Below are positions 1 through 12,265 of a DNA stretch of 64,000 nucleotides, piece after piece. A program made the position numbers and the translations under genes. Position 1 is the stretch's first letter. Each line of letters starts with the position of its first letter. Source of the stretch: Basidiobolus meristosporus CBS 931.73 (taxonomy: Eukaryota > Fungi > Basidiobolomycota); NCBI GenBank assembly GCA_002104905.1, contig MCFE01000159.1, positions 62,001 to 126,000 of the forward strand, read 5' to 3'. The notes under the pieces are model-generated. The model was not told where the DNA came from. It searched no databases and was given only the letters and a program-made list of their open reading frames with translations.

Positions 1-1971
1 TCGAGTGCACTTGCTTTCTTGGCTTCCTGGAGTTGGTTCACAGCCTTTTGTAGTTTCTGAGAAGCATCCTTGGCCTCCGTTTTAAACAGAGTGTTCTGGC
101 TCTCTAGAAACGCGATATAGCTACGGTTTGGTTCATGGTCAGACTCTAAAACAGGTAAAACTTGATCATCGTCTGCTGAGTTGGAGAATATACCACTAGC
201 GGAATCATCGAGCAGTGAGGATAATTCAAAATGTAGGTTTTTCTCGCTTTCAACCGCAGAAACCTCTTCAAGCTCTTTGAACGATACATTTACCGGCTTG
301 TTGACACCTTTGATAGCATCATCAAGATCGTGTCGCAAGCGGTCAACTACATCCCGAAGATGTTGGTTTTCGTCCTTTAGCTCTTCAACCTCTTGTTCAA
401 GTGTCTGCGCGAATGCGACCTCCTGCTCCAATCTGGAGACATGGGTCTCAAATGCCGTACGTTCTTGTTGGTATTTCTTTTGCTCCATTGCAAGGCCTTC
501 AAGCTCCAATTCGGATTTAAAAAGTTCCTCTTCTCGAAGCCTTAATAAATGTTGTATTTTTTCCGTTTCCTCTCGTTTTTCGTCATATTGTCGACGTAGA
601 TCACTGTATAGGTTCTTGTGGTGTGAGAGCACTCTGGATATTGACACGATCTCGGATTCCAGCTATAATTGTTAAACAATAGGCTTAATATTTGAGAGGG
701 GAAACCGATAGTCACTGTTGCCACAATACCATAACTATTTGCTGCAGATGAGCTTTTTCATTCCCCTTGTACTCCTGAATTTCTCGTTTTTTGACTGTCA
801 ATTCTGTCTTCATATCATCAACGCGAGATTGAAGTTCAGAGATTCGCTCCTCATGCTGACGAACCGAAAGAGTAAGATTCTTCTCCGTTTGATGGAGCCT
901 CTTGTTCAGTTCCAATGAAATACGACTTAGATGGCCAATCTGAGATACGGCGTCTTTAGACTATAAAACCCATGCACTAAGCGTAAGAAATAGATATGGA
1001 AAGCGCAATAGTATAGATACATACGTTAATACCAAAGTCGTCTCCACCAAATCCTTCGAAGCTTTTTTCGTCCCCAAGGAAAGAGTCGTCAAGGATATCA
1101 TTACCATACAATTCCATGAAGCTACGGCTATATCTCAGAGACTTGGGGGATTTTGTGGGCGATGCCTATTTGGGTGACCTAAATGAGTGAAACGTCTTGG
1201 ACAATCAAGCCTAGAAGCACAATACCTTGTCAAACTTTGATTTAGCAGAGTTGCGGTTAACAGAGCGTTCGAACAAATAAGAGTCTTCGCCTTCGAAGTC
1301 ACTAAGTGTAGGGACTGCTGCGTATGCATCCCGTCTCTTGTCAACCTCTGTTGAGGGAATGAAAAATGAGTCAGCCGTATGTTGAAACTTATATATCATA
1401 ACCAAGGAAAGACACATTACCGGCTGCAGCCTTGCGAGTTGAAAGTGTGCGCGTAACCGGTGTGGTTCTCTGTCTTGAAGAAAGCGGGGATAGGGGGTGT
1501 GCAAAACCTAAAGTAGTGTGGGGTCTTGGAATGGTAGAGGGGCGATTGTTTCTGACAGGAGTCTTAGGGCTTGATGAGGTATTGGGGGAAGGTGGGGGTG
1601 CAGAGAGTTGGGAGATTAGTCTATAGAGGTCTTGTGGGGAAAGTTCCAATTCAGCATTCTTTAGGCAAAATTTCTGCAATAGCTTTTTAGGTTCTGAATC
1701 TAGGAGCTCAACTCCCTGTTCGCGTTCAAAGATATCCAGTATAGGAAACAAATCTCGAGCCACTATAGAGCCGCGGTTATCTTGGTCGAACTTTGTGAAT
1801 ATTGCCTCAAGGTTCGAATGGAGGTTTGAAAGAGTGCTGGTAGGGTCCACCTAGGTTTAGTCCACTCTTGTTTAGAGAGGGAACAAATAGAACTACAGAT
1901 GAATAGGAAAGGCGGGCTGCTACCTTTTTTCTAATTTCTACTTCAGTGTTTTGAGTCCGAGTGGTTGACAT
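1..1971 (-). CDS. N-terminal EF-hand-like plus long coiled-coil protein, KASH5/Kms1-like candidate; multi-exon, 3' part lies beyond the left window edge
   Basis: ATG at 1971 (MSTTRTQNTEVEIRKK), GT-AG intron 1923-1851, then VDPTSTLSNLHSNLEAIFTKFDQDNRGSIVARDLFPIL (EF-hand-like DQDNRGSI loop). Later exons give heptad coiled coil (LELNKRLHQTEKNLTLSVRQHEERISELQSRVDDM...; ENQHLRDVVDRLRHDLDDA). Frame is still open at position 1. The KASH label rests on architecture only; the C-terminal TM is not in the window. Confidence 0.6.
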
Positions 1972-3024
1972 TATTAGTATGGTTCTCAGCTTGGTACTGA
2001 CTGCGTTTGAATAAAAACCTAATGTTGAAGTACGTTTAGTTAAAGAGCAGAGTATCTTCGTATACAAATGGCTTACAAAGATGAAATGGGACAGAAGGTG
2101 AATAGGTAAGGGCTTAAGGAGCTGAAGAGAGAGAAAAAGATATAGCCGACATAAGAATTGATGACCTTGGGCTCCTTCTGAGGATCACAGGTAATTAAAT
2201 CAATGCATCTCATTCTATTAAGAGGAATGTTATTTTGTGATCTTGATATTTTATCAATACATATCCTTAAATGCTACTCCACCGACGAACATTGAATTGA
2301 TTTGCCATTGTAGAAAAGTCATTTTACTGTTCAAGCGCTTATTTAGACGTCGATTAGGCTACATGAAGCATATTGACTGGTTTGTAAATTGCATGCTGCT
2401 TAGATGAAGCCTGCAATATTGTGTATTTGTTTAAATGCTGCATGGATTTATGTAATCTAACTATGAACTATCTCGCCTCAGGTTCAATGCCACGATGATG
2501 GTAACACAAACCTCCCCAAAGTGTGTATTTCACTGTCCGTTTTACTTTATCAGCGTGATGGAAGATGCTATATTTAAACCAAGCAACTTGTTTATATTTG
2601 GGAATAAACTGTACGGATAGCCTACCTGTTCAGCCCAATCATTGAGCGAATGGTCAGGTTTGTGGTTTGTGGTTTGTGATGCACGCCTAGCATTATTAAA
2701 TTCACTATTATGCGATTTACCCTGAGACGGTTAGTTTTTCGGATTTTCGACGTGCATTTGCTCAACCACTTGTGCAATCTCCGTTTATTTTATCTACTGT
2801 CAAAATGGAGCTATTAATATCCGTTCGCAATTTGAGTATTTTGGTAACTCCGGTGTAAGTCTCTTTGTGACGACAGATATTTCTAGAGATCCATATAGAA
2901 TATCCAAACACGTTTCCGACGTGACTCCCGTTTTTTATAGTGCAACACGTAAACGGCCCCACGCATCGCCAACTGAAAATCGATCCCAACCTACCTGACA
3001 TAGTGCACAAGAGGCTCGAAAGCC

Positions 3025-6000
3025 ATGTTCACACTTCCTACTCTTTGTGAAAATTCTCACTTTTGGGAGGATATATTAAGCAATGAGTATTTTCTCGCTC
3101 AGCGTGCTCTAGGTTCCAACAATTCTTTACTGAAAAACGTCATAGGAACCATTCAAAATGTGTCAGTACCTCGCTTTACTTTACTATGGATAAATTGGCG
3201 TACTTGCAACGTTTCTAAAGTTGATACAAAGTATATTTCTGTTCACTAATACTTTCATATGTTCAGTTTGGATACAAAGCAAGCACCTTTCCGTATCTTA
3301 TTTCGGCCCAACAGGAACGGAGAAAGAATGCATCTAATAGCCGAGTCCGATTCCCGAGAAGGGATTGAAAAGCCGTGGAAATGGCTTGAAGGTATTGTCT
3401 ACAAGAAACCTTTGCTGAGCCTGCGAGGGTTATTCATCTCGTTTGATAGACCATCTCGTCAAAGAACTGCAGGCATTAGACGATCCGTTCGAAAGAGAGA
3501 CTTTTGTTCTAACGAAGATCAATTCGTTGGTATCAAGCTTGGACGCAGGAGATGATTCGGCCAATGATGAAAAGCTTAGAGCGGCAACGAGAGCATTTAG
3601 ACAAACATTCAATTTACCTATGAGTGAAAGAGTGGTGAATTTCTATTCGTGTGGGTATCATCGTAACTTTATGATCAACCAAGGCTGGATGTACATAAGC
3701 GAGCACTATCTATGCTTTTACTCCTTTATCCTTGGTATCGAGGCCAAAATTCAGATCCCGTTAAGAGATATAGAAAGCTTGCACAAAGAAATGTCCAAAA
3801 GAGGGTTGCTCTCGGATGCAATCAAAGTTATTACCAAAGATAAAACGGAGGTAAACGGGCATTTGTAGTAGACATACGGCAGCCTGTGGTTCAAAGCTAA
3901 CAAGAATCTTACCGCCACAGTATTTTTTCTCCAATCTGTTTCGTCGTGACGAGGTAAGCGAGCGTGATTGTACACGGTATCATTAGCAAGAGTTAATCTA
4001 GGATTTTGTAGACGTACGATCTCTTGGTTCAGCTAACGAACTTGTCGATGCAAAAGCTGTTGCAAAACGCTGCTATGGACTTCGCACCAGGGTTATCGTT
4101 GGATGCGCCAACCGCAGCAGAATCTCTCTACGACTCGTCAGACATTAAACTTGGTGCGAAATCCTCGAGCCAGAGTCTACAGAACCGCTTTCAAAAAATG
4201 ACCTTGAAAGAGGATCTCAAGCAGCAGAAACGGAATGCTGCGTTCCAGACAACCTTCCGCCTTCCGTCGTCGGAACATTTGCTTGTCGAGACAGATGCTA
4301 TTCTTTCTGTGGTCAATCGCGAAGAGAAGTATCACGGCAAGCTCAGTATTTCCGAAACATTCATCACATTCTCATCTACCGATGGACGATCATGTTCCAC
4401 TACCATTCCGCTGTTTGTCATTCGCAGGGTAGAGAGAATCAATCCCAAATCGAACCTGTGTGTCCTAGCAATCACTACCTGGCATCACATGAAAGTGGTT
4501 TTTCAAATACAAGGCTCGCGCAAACTCGGCGAAAGCTACTGCACAGCACTCAAGACCAATCTCAAAGATCAAGTCGATGCCATGAAAGCGCTCAAGCCGT
4601 TTTTGCAGACGTGTGCCTCCGAAGCTATCTTGAAGGAGAAGGATGTTCTGAAAAGCGGTGGGCTTGGTTTGAGGTTTGGGTATCCTGGCGATGCAAAGAA
4701 GTTGCGGGAGAAGGGGAAAAGCAAGTACTGGGCAAGCTATCTCAAAGACAACGGCCGCAACCTCACCATCCTAAAGTTCCCGGATTTCACTCGTCTGGTG
4801 AGAATTGGACTCCCGAATAATCTACGGGGCGAAATCTGGGAAATATGCAGTGGATCCATCTATCTGAGAGCAATGAACCCTGGCCTTTACGAGAAAATCA
4901 TCGACGAGAATGCTGGCAAAGTGTCCTTGTCAACCGAAGAAATCGAGAAAGACTTGAACCGCTCGTTGCCGGAGTATCCGGCTTACCAAATACCAGAGGG
5001 CATCGACACGCTGAGAAGAGTATTAACGGCGTATTCTTGGAAAGATCCTGCCCTTGGCTATTGTCAGGCCATGAACATCGTCACATCGGCCATTCTCATC
5101 TATATGAGTGAAGAGCAAGCGTTCTGGACCTTGAGCGTGCTCTGCGATCGATTGCTCCCTGGATATTACAGCACATCAATGTATGGCGCACTTCTTGACC
5201 AATCGATCTTCGAGCACTTGGTCGAACAATGCATGCCTATTCTACACGACCATTTAAAGAAGACCGATATCCAACTGTCGGTGGCCTGCTTACCCTGGTT
5301 TCTGAGCCTCTTCATCAATACCATGCCGCTATCGTCTGCCTTCCGGGTGTTGGATTGCTTTTTCCTTGAAGGGCCGCAAGTGTTGTTCCAAGTGGCTCTT
5401 GCAATTATCAAGATCAATGGAGACGAGCTGATGGAGGCAGGTGACGATGGTGCATTTATTCACACGCTCAAACATTATTTCACCAAGTTGGATGATCCCC
5501 TCTACCCAAATAGCAAAAGCCCAAGGGCAAAATTGTTAACCAAGTTCCACGAGCTTATGTTGGTTGCGTTCAAGGAATTTGCGCATATCAATGCCGAGTG
5601 TATCGCAGAGCTGCGCAGGTCCCACCAATTCCGGATCGTTCACAATATTGAGAGCTTCACAAAACGTACGCATATTCGGAACCTCATTGACACGTCAAGG
5701 TTCAACAAAGAAGAATTATCGGTCATTTATGACAAGTTCTACGATGTGCAGTTCTACAGCAGCAAAAAGCAATCAGAAAAGCCTGACCTCAAAATGGACT
5801 TTTGGAATTTTCGGAAGTTCCTAGGCACCATTACCCCGTGGGCTATCATGGAAACTAGTACTGAATCTCAGCGGCTATTGAAGGGACACGGGTCATTAGT
5901 GGCCCAGAAGAAGACTGTAGGCAGCTCATTCATCGAAAAACTATTCAAATATTTCGACAAAACCGAATGCGGGAGCTTGTCCCTTCAAGACATCATCAAC

Positions 6001-6717
6001 GGTCTCCAGGACATAATGTTTGGTGATCTGATGTCGCAGATCCAACTTTTCTTCCACCTTCACGACAGCGATGGTGATGGCTTCTTGTCCAAAGAGGATA
6101 TTCTACAATTATCCGAGAGCTTCCTGTTTCTCTTCCGAAAAGAGAAAGATGATCGGTATCTTCGGGCGGTTTCCAATCTCCTCCAGAACTCCATCCAGTA
6201 TTCCGAATCTGCTTTGCATTCGGCGGATCCACAGGTCTTGGAAACTGTGGACGGAAACGGCGACATCCTCAGCACTGTGGTGGAAAGAGAAGATGATGGA
6301 ATAATTGTGTCATTGCCTACATTTCGTATGATTGTTCTCACTGACGAAACATTGGAGCAGTTCTTCGATTACAAGTTCGCCGCATCGTTCCAACTGACGG
6401 CGAATTCTAGCACTGATCGACAGAAAGGCCTTGGCCGAGAGATCTTTGAATCACTGCTTAATGAAGGCTCGCGCCTCGCCGACCGCGTGTCTCAATTTCC
6501 TAAAAGAAAGCTCACCAAGAGCTCGCCTGTCCCGGATGTACATTCACAAGTAGAGAATCTGATCGATATCTCGCCGCCATCACTTCCATCCTCAGACTCC
6601 AGCAAGGATCCCCACGAAGAGAACGACGAAGATGAAGATGATTTAATGGCCGTGGATCATCTACTTCGACATCTGGACGAGCCTCACAAAGAAGGTTCCA
6701 TAGTCGATTCTCCATAG
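3025..6717 (+). CDS. GYP2: GRAM-GRAM-TBC-EF-hand Rab GTPase-activating protein (Gyp2/Mdr1, TBC1D8/9 family)
   Basis: TBC motifs EIEKDLNRSLP and GYCQAMNIVT; GRAM-like segments (NFYSCGY...QGWMYISEHYLCFYS; YHGKLSISETFITFSS); EF-hand DSDGDGFLSKED. GT-AG introns join 3025-3163, 3267-3387, 3447-3849 and 3921-3951 (approximate) to the long exon ending at 6717. Confidence 0.92.
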
Positions 6718-7115
6718 CTGAGCGTTCTTTGTTACACTCACAAAACACAGCCTCATTTCTTCTTTCCACGACTTTAGAGGAGCCTCAGACTGCTCGATTT
6801 CGATATATAAGTGTCTACGCCTGTATACCTTTACACCTTCAATGTAATAAAGATTCACCAGAGTACATGTTACATTCTAGACACCTTTTTTACAAATGCC
6901 AGGGCTGCTCTATTTCCCTGAGTCTAGTGACAACTCGTTAGAGAACGAGAGGTCAGGGCAGTGCTAAAGATAAGACACTCTCATAACCAACAGTGAATTT
7001 ATTTCTAGCCTCTAAATGCCACTATAGGTGTTTAGGACTGGGAAGGTGTATTTATACATAAATTGATTCAGTAGCTCCAGATATTCGTATTCACAGAAAC
7101 ATCGCCAGCAGTGTA

Positions 7116-8191
7116 TCACTCGTCATGGGGATCTGTTTCCTCAGTGTCGGCCACCTCGTCAGTCCGTTGGAACTTATGTGACTCCTCCTCCTCTCTTTCT
7201 TCTAATTCTAACGCACGGGATCTCTTACGCGCGGCCAATCTGACCAAGGCTCGCTCGCGATTTTCTCGAATTCGGCGTAGCTGATCCGCCTCAATATCAG
7301 CACTGGAGCCTGTTAGCTGCACCCCACCATCAGCATCGACCAGGGGGGCTGTATTATCTTCTGGCAGATTACTGCCAGTCTCTTCGTGGTCACCGAAACT
7401 CCATTCAGTGAGGGTCTCGGGTCTGTATACTCCTAATTAACCACCACGTAGTTCTTATATTCTGAAAGGTTAGCTTACCGGTTATTGTCGAGCTGGACCT
7501 GTATCTCTGTTGTAATACTCATGAGCACTTGCTACGTTCCATGCATTCACTATAAACATACCAGGTGCCGTTTTGCGATTAGAAAGCTCTGTCTTGATCA
7601 ACTCTTCCCGAAAAACCTGTTGTGTAGGGATGGTCAGCTTCGTGTTGTTGTGTTATCAACGTTTTCACTACCTTAAGCCTTCTTTCCGAACACAAGTTTT
7701 CGATCTTTTTTATTGCGTCTGGAAAGCACATTTTAGGAAACAACTGATGGCACCATAGTTGATAAAAATCCAATAGATGCTGGAGATCTTCGAACTGTAG
7801 TAAATGTAACGAATTAACGAAGCTCCGGCGAGATACGTCCATAGAAAAGTTACCTCTTGCCCTTTACCCTTGAATTTCAACTTGGGGCCTTTCTCCTTAA
7901 TAAGCATCAAGCCATTTGGTTGAAGTAAACTAGGCAAAAATGAGATGAGCGAACCCGTTTCTTTCAATGATTCTTTTGCTATATGGCAGTTTACCGATTG
8001 GCATCCAATTTGGGCAGTGGCTCTCTCCTCTGACGAGTCTTGACTTTATCGAGATTCTCCGCGGAGAGGGAGCTGGTGGAGATGGGCTGGTCTAATTGTT
8101 GGTTCTCTTCCAAATCCCCCACTTGCTCATCCTCGAAAGGTGCAGAAGGGATTTTGTTGCCACTTTTAGCGTCTAGCTCGTATTCAAACAT
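7116..8191 (-). CDS. CSM3: Replication fork protection complex subunit Csm3/Swi3/TIPIN, multi-exon
   Basis: Swi3-domain text across exons: EPLPKLDANRLLQPNGL...KLKFKGKGQE|FEDLQHLLDFYQLWCHQLFPKMCFPDAIKKIENLCSERRLK; C-terminal DQLRRIRENRERALVRLAARKR. Start codon uncertain. Confidence 0.88.
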
Positions 8192-8778
8192 GAGTGTTGC
8201 TATCGAAATTATCAGGACTCTCACTACTCAGTCTAGTAAACACCATTTCGCGAGTGCCATCTCTCAATTATGTTTGTTTATGATTCAGGCCTAGTATTAT
8301 TGATTGGTGTGTCAAAGATATGCGGTTGTTGCTCACCTACTCCTCACCTTATGCCGGAAGTTAATCGGGTAACTAACCAACCTTACGAGAGTATTTCCTA
8401 ATCAGATCACCACGCCAATCGTAGCGAATTAAGGTAAAAATATCCTGGATATCTATTTATATTTTTTAATGGAATGTTCATGATCTGATAGGTTGAGCCA
8501 ATTATTTCCACCATTGATACGTCTCCGACGCGTTTTTGACAACCGTAGAGAAACTGTCATTGGATGTTCAAAAGCCATTCCTCAAGGACAGCTATCACTC
8601 TCTGGGATCGTTCTTGTATCCGTATTTCGAAAATTCGGTTCCCTTCTTTGGACATTACAATAATATCCCAATCATTCTTTTTTTCTCTACTTCTACTTCG
8701 CTTAACGAAGTGATATTACCTCCGAATCTCGAACCCTTCGTTCGACTCTGTATGGATCTCGGTTTAGCAAAGTACTGT

Positions 8779-10124
8779 ATGCTCCGGCTCCAACTCCTCT
8801 TACTTTTCGGCTTGAACGCGTTTGTTCGCGGGATGGATGACGTCCCCGACAATATTATTGGGGGTAGGTGTTTAGTCACACGCGCCTTGTCGCAAATGCT
8901 AATCTCTTTATAGGAAGTTACCTCGATTCCAACTGTGGCCCGGATCTCTACTGCCTACCGGTGGAAGATGAACTATGGCGACCACTTGAAAGTGGGCTTG
9001 AGAATGGGTTTGTTAGGTGGAACAGGTACTACCCCACTTTCTCAACTTACGTCAACATATCGCTATTCAACACGGAGTCCGAGGTGCCGGTGAAGGAGTG
9101 GCACCACTACAAAAACGAAGGCCTACTGGTTATCAACAACTTCCCTTCCAGCTGGTTCATTGGGGTGAATTTGACCGCCAACGTGACTCAAGAGTTTTAC
9201 TTCTATATCACTGGCCCCTATACGCCCACAGTTGTCATCCCAAGAGGTCCCAGCTTTTACATACAAAGTAGGTGGTTTCGATGTACTTGTGTCTGCCAGC
9301 ACATGTGCGTATTTCTCTATCTACCGAACAGGATTTACTAATGTTGATGCGGGTTGCTAGAACCGGTAATATTGCCCGTTCATTCCAGTCCTGCCACCAC
9401 CTCCGTGTCTTCCTCCCACATCAGTACTTCTACATCCTCAACCTCTACCACACATTCATCTGCCGTCGCTACTATGACTCCAACTGCTGTTGCACCGTCG
9501 CTAGGCGCACAAAACTCAAGCTCCAACAATCTCTCAGCAGGCGCGATCAGTGGGATCACCGTTGGTAGCGTGGCCGGAATTACGATAATTGCTTGATATC
9601 CTTTTTTCACGCGATCACCTTCCTGGTCTACACATTCCATGCCATCTCCATCTTTCCTTAACTTTGTCTCCCTTACTCTAGTCTATTTTCTTCGACGTAG
9701 ACGCAGAAACCAAGCACACTGCTATGTGGCCAACACGGATACTGATTCCGATCCCTCATTGGTTCGCAGCCTCCATTCCAGCTCAGCTGATGCTCCCGAC
9801 CTTGAAGTAGATGCCGCCATGGAGATGGCCGAGCCGTCAAGCCCCGTAAGGCGAAACTCGCTTCGCCTGACGGTGAAGGGGGCCCAAGAGCTTGCCCATG
9901 CCTACCGAAAGATGCTCACTAACCAGGAAATGGCGGAGGAAAGCCCGGCCCAGAACCAGACTCGGATCTTGTACAGTGATGAGCTGCTTCGTCGGGAGTT
10001 GGCGGCCGACGGCCACGGCGTGAAATATGTCTCTACCGCGCCAGCGATCGTTGTGATGGGTGACGACCAACAAAGTCTACATAGCATGGCTGCTAATACT
10101 TCCGATTCGAGTGAGATCCCTTGA
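8779..10124 (+). CDS. Single-pass type I membrane protein, Mid2/Wsc/Skg6-like architecture (signal peptide, small extracellular domain, Ser/Thr-rich stalk, TM helix, basic stop-transfer, cytoplasmic tail)
   Basis: ATG 8779 MLRLQLLLLFGLNAFVRG; two GT-AG introns (about 8866-8912 and 9268-9360); S/T-rich exon; TM GAISGITVGSVAGITIIA|CLVYFLRRRRR is only completed if the AT-AC intron 9596-9676 is removed; stop at 10122-10124. Confidence 0.8.
9596..9676 (+). other. U12-type (minor spliceosome) AT-AC intron, 81 nt
   Basis: 5' end ATATCCTTTT, branch point TTCCTTAAC at 9654-9662, terminal AC at 9675-9676 (14 nt after the branch motif). Removal restores the frame (TG+T = Cys) and an intact TM helix; no GT-AG solution gives a full TM. 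Confidence 0.92.
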
Positions 10125-11634
10125 GAAATCCCGGCCACTTCCTCACCTGCATCAAACTCATCCACCCAATACCCCGCCCACCTCAAAATACCCTTTGATT
10201 GTGTAAAAACCTCTGTTCCCCCACCCACACCCACACCCTTTCCCTTCACCTAATGTAAGTAAAGATCATACCCACCGCTTGACCTCATTTGATAAGCTGC
10301 TGGTTTGTGTGCTAGATCAACTTCATTTAACCAAGTGGGCGAAGGTCCTATATCTGGCTGATCTGTTGCACATTTGCCCAATAACCATCACGATGCTTCA
10401 TCCCGCTGGCTTCTGCGGGTGGCGGCAGAAGATGGCGCGCGATGGGCGGGATGGTCGATCTGCCATTCTAGACCATAACACAAGTGTAACCAACAGATCT
10501 GACCGCAAATCCATTTTCACTACCCATGGCTCATTGGGGCTGTTTCCAATTGGTAGCCCCGGCTGCTTGGAATAGTAGGATTCTAATGTCATCAATTGAT
10601 TGACCACCTGACCGGCTTTCGTATTTGGTTGGACAGTATGACAAGCCTAGGGGTTTCGGTCGTTTCTGGCGCGTCGAAGGTCCATTCTGCTTCGTTCAAT
10701 TCTTTCTCGAGTCCACCAGCACCCATCCAAACTCGGAAAACCACTGGCTGAGACCTCCTTGATACAGCCGCACAGTGCCGGAATGTACCCAACTGAATAT
10801 TGACACAGGTGTGAAGCTGTACGAGAATCTTGCCACTCCTGACCGGAAACAGATGGGTGTGTCTAGCCTCGAGCTAAGCTGCTCTGAATCCTATCGGCGA
10901 AATAGCTTGAGTTGGCCTTTCTACAGCCTATCCCCCGAGCCGGAAATTCCAAGAAAATTCGGATATACGCCCTTGGGAGAACGATTCGAATTGTCAGGTA
11001 TGCGTAGTTCTGTCTAGTAAACCCTTTCATTTGGGGGGTAGTGCGCGGTTGAATTTCCCAATTGCCACTCTCCAAGGTCTTAGTGTGTAGACAGGTAGCC
11101 TCGGTGGAGTGTCAGTGGGGTAGGAATTTTATCCTGCTCCAGGAGTATTGTGGATTTGTATTAGTGCAATGTCATTTATATTGGAGGGTAGTTGGACCAA
11201 CATATCAAATTTGTATCACAATTTCTAGTTGATTGGTAGCAGTGGGAGTTTCAGCACAGAATTCTTGCGTGCTGGTGGTGATTATCAAGGGTTCATACAA
11301 GATTGCTATCACCAAAGTTGCTCCCATGTACTCTAGCCCTCTGAGCTATTGCTCATTGGAATCTAGGCTGGTCCTGTTTGCAGACCCTAAGAAAAAAATT
11401 GAGAAAAGACCTGCAGAATGCCATCATAATATCAGCTGAACTCCAAGTGTCTTGAAACAAACTACTTGCAATATCTCTGGTTCTAACTACTGAGCAAACA
11501 TGCAGACATATTTTTCAGGAGCAGACTAGGCCAACTAACATTCATACCAAATCTGGTAGTCAACTGCTTGTTACTTCCACCAATAATTGCAACTGAGAGT
11601 TTGAAGCAAAAACACCAGCTGAATACCAGCTAAT

Positions 11635-11814
11635 TGCTGTAAAGATTTGTAATCACACCTATATATTCACTCAACTTAGTCACTTGGACCATTACCTACA
11701 AATCTCAGAGAATTCTGACAAAATTACTTGTAATGATTTACTAGTAATATTTTCACCAAAACATCAGATACCCAATACAGGAGATTTCTCAAAGTTGTCC
11801 AAACAGCTCCAAAC
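11635..11814 (+). repeat. Truncated, diverged Copia LTR (5' half)
   Basis: Begins TGCTGTAAAGATTTGTAATCACACC, aligns by eye to the first about 180 nt of the LTR at 14645 and breaks off at AAACAGCTCCAAAC. Confidence 0.8.
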
Positions 11815-11853
11815 TGTTGTAAGAGTCTTGGAGATATACAAATTTTTACAACA
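11815..11853 (-). repeat. 39-bp miniature LTR consisting only of the two LTR termini
   Basis: TGTTGTAAGAGTCTTGGAGATAT (identical to 12728-12750) joined to ACAAATTTTTACAACA (matches the other LTR end); 8-bp terminal inverted repeat. Confidence 0.8.
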
Positions 11854-11888
11854 GGATTATCCTCATTTCCTGGCACTGTGGCACATAC

Positions 11889-12234
11889 TGTTAAGAATTT
11901 GTAATTCCACCTAAATATTCACCTAACTTAGTCACTTAGATCATTACCTTCAGATCCTAGAGAATACTGACCAAATCCTTGTTGGGATTTACTTGGAATA
12001 TTTTCACCAAAATACCAGGTACCCAGAACATGAGAACTCTCAAAGTTGTCCAAACAGGCCTAAACTTTGCACACATGCTCTTGGGAGCTTCCTTAACCTA
12101 TTCTACATGTTTGTTAGGCCAAGACCATTTAAAAATATAAATAGTACTTTTACATTCAATAAATCATCAAGTGAAAACTGCATAATCTACTTGTCCTCCC
12201 AATCACTTCCAATATCTCCAAGATTCTTACAGCA
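11889..12234 (+). mobile_element. 5' LTR of a Copia element
   Basis: TG...CA ends, clear similarity to the other copies, followed directly by the PBS and gag. Confidence 0.9.
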
Positions 12235-12247
12235 GGTTATAAGCCCC
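12235..12247 (+). promoter_or_regulatory. Primer-binding site of the Ty5/copia half-tRNA(iMet) type
   Basis: GGTTATAAGCCCC directly abuts the LTR 3' CA and resembles the GGTTATG(A/G)GCCC PBS of Ty5 and Drosophila copia. Confidence 0.7.
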
Positions 12248-12265
12248 ACGCTGTCACTCTCTGCA

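Noticed and set aside
1091-1098. ATATCCTT on the minus strand resembling a second U12 donor
   Set aside because: It lies inside an open coding exon (GNDILDDSF) flanked by ordinary GT-AG introns, and no U12 branch point follows.
10279-11075. Several 66-98 aa ORFs on both strands between the Mid2-like gene and the Copia cluster
   Set aside because: No recognisable motif and no consistent exon chain; possibly a decayed gene, but not supportable.
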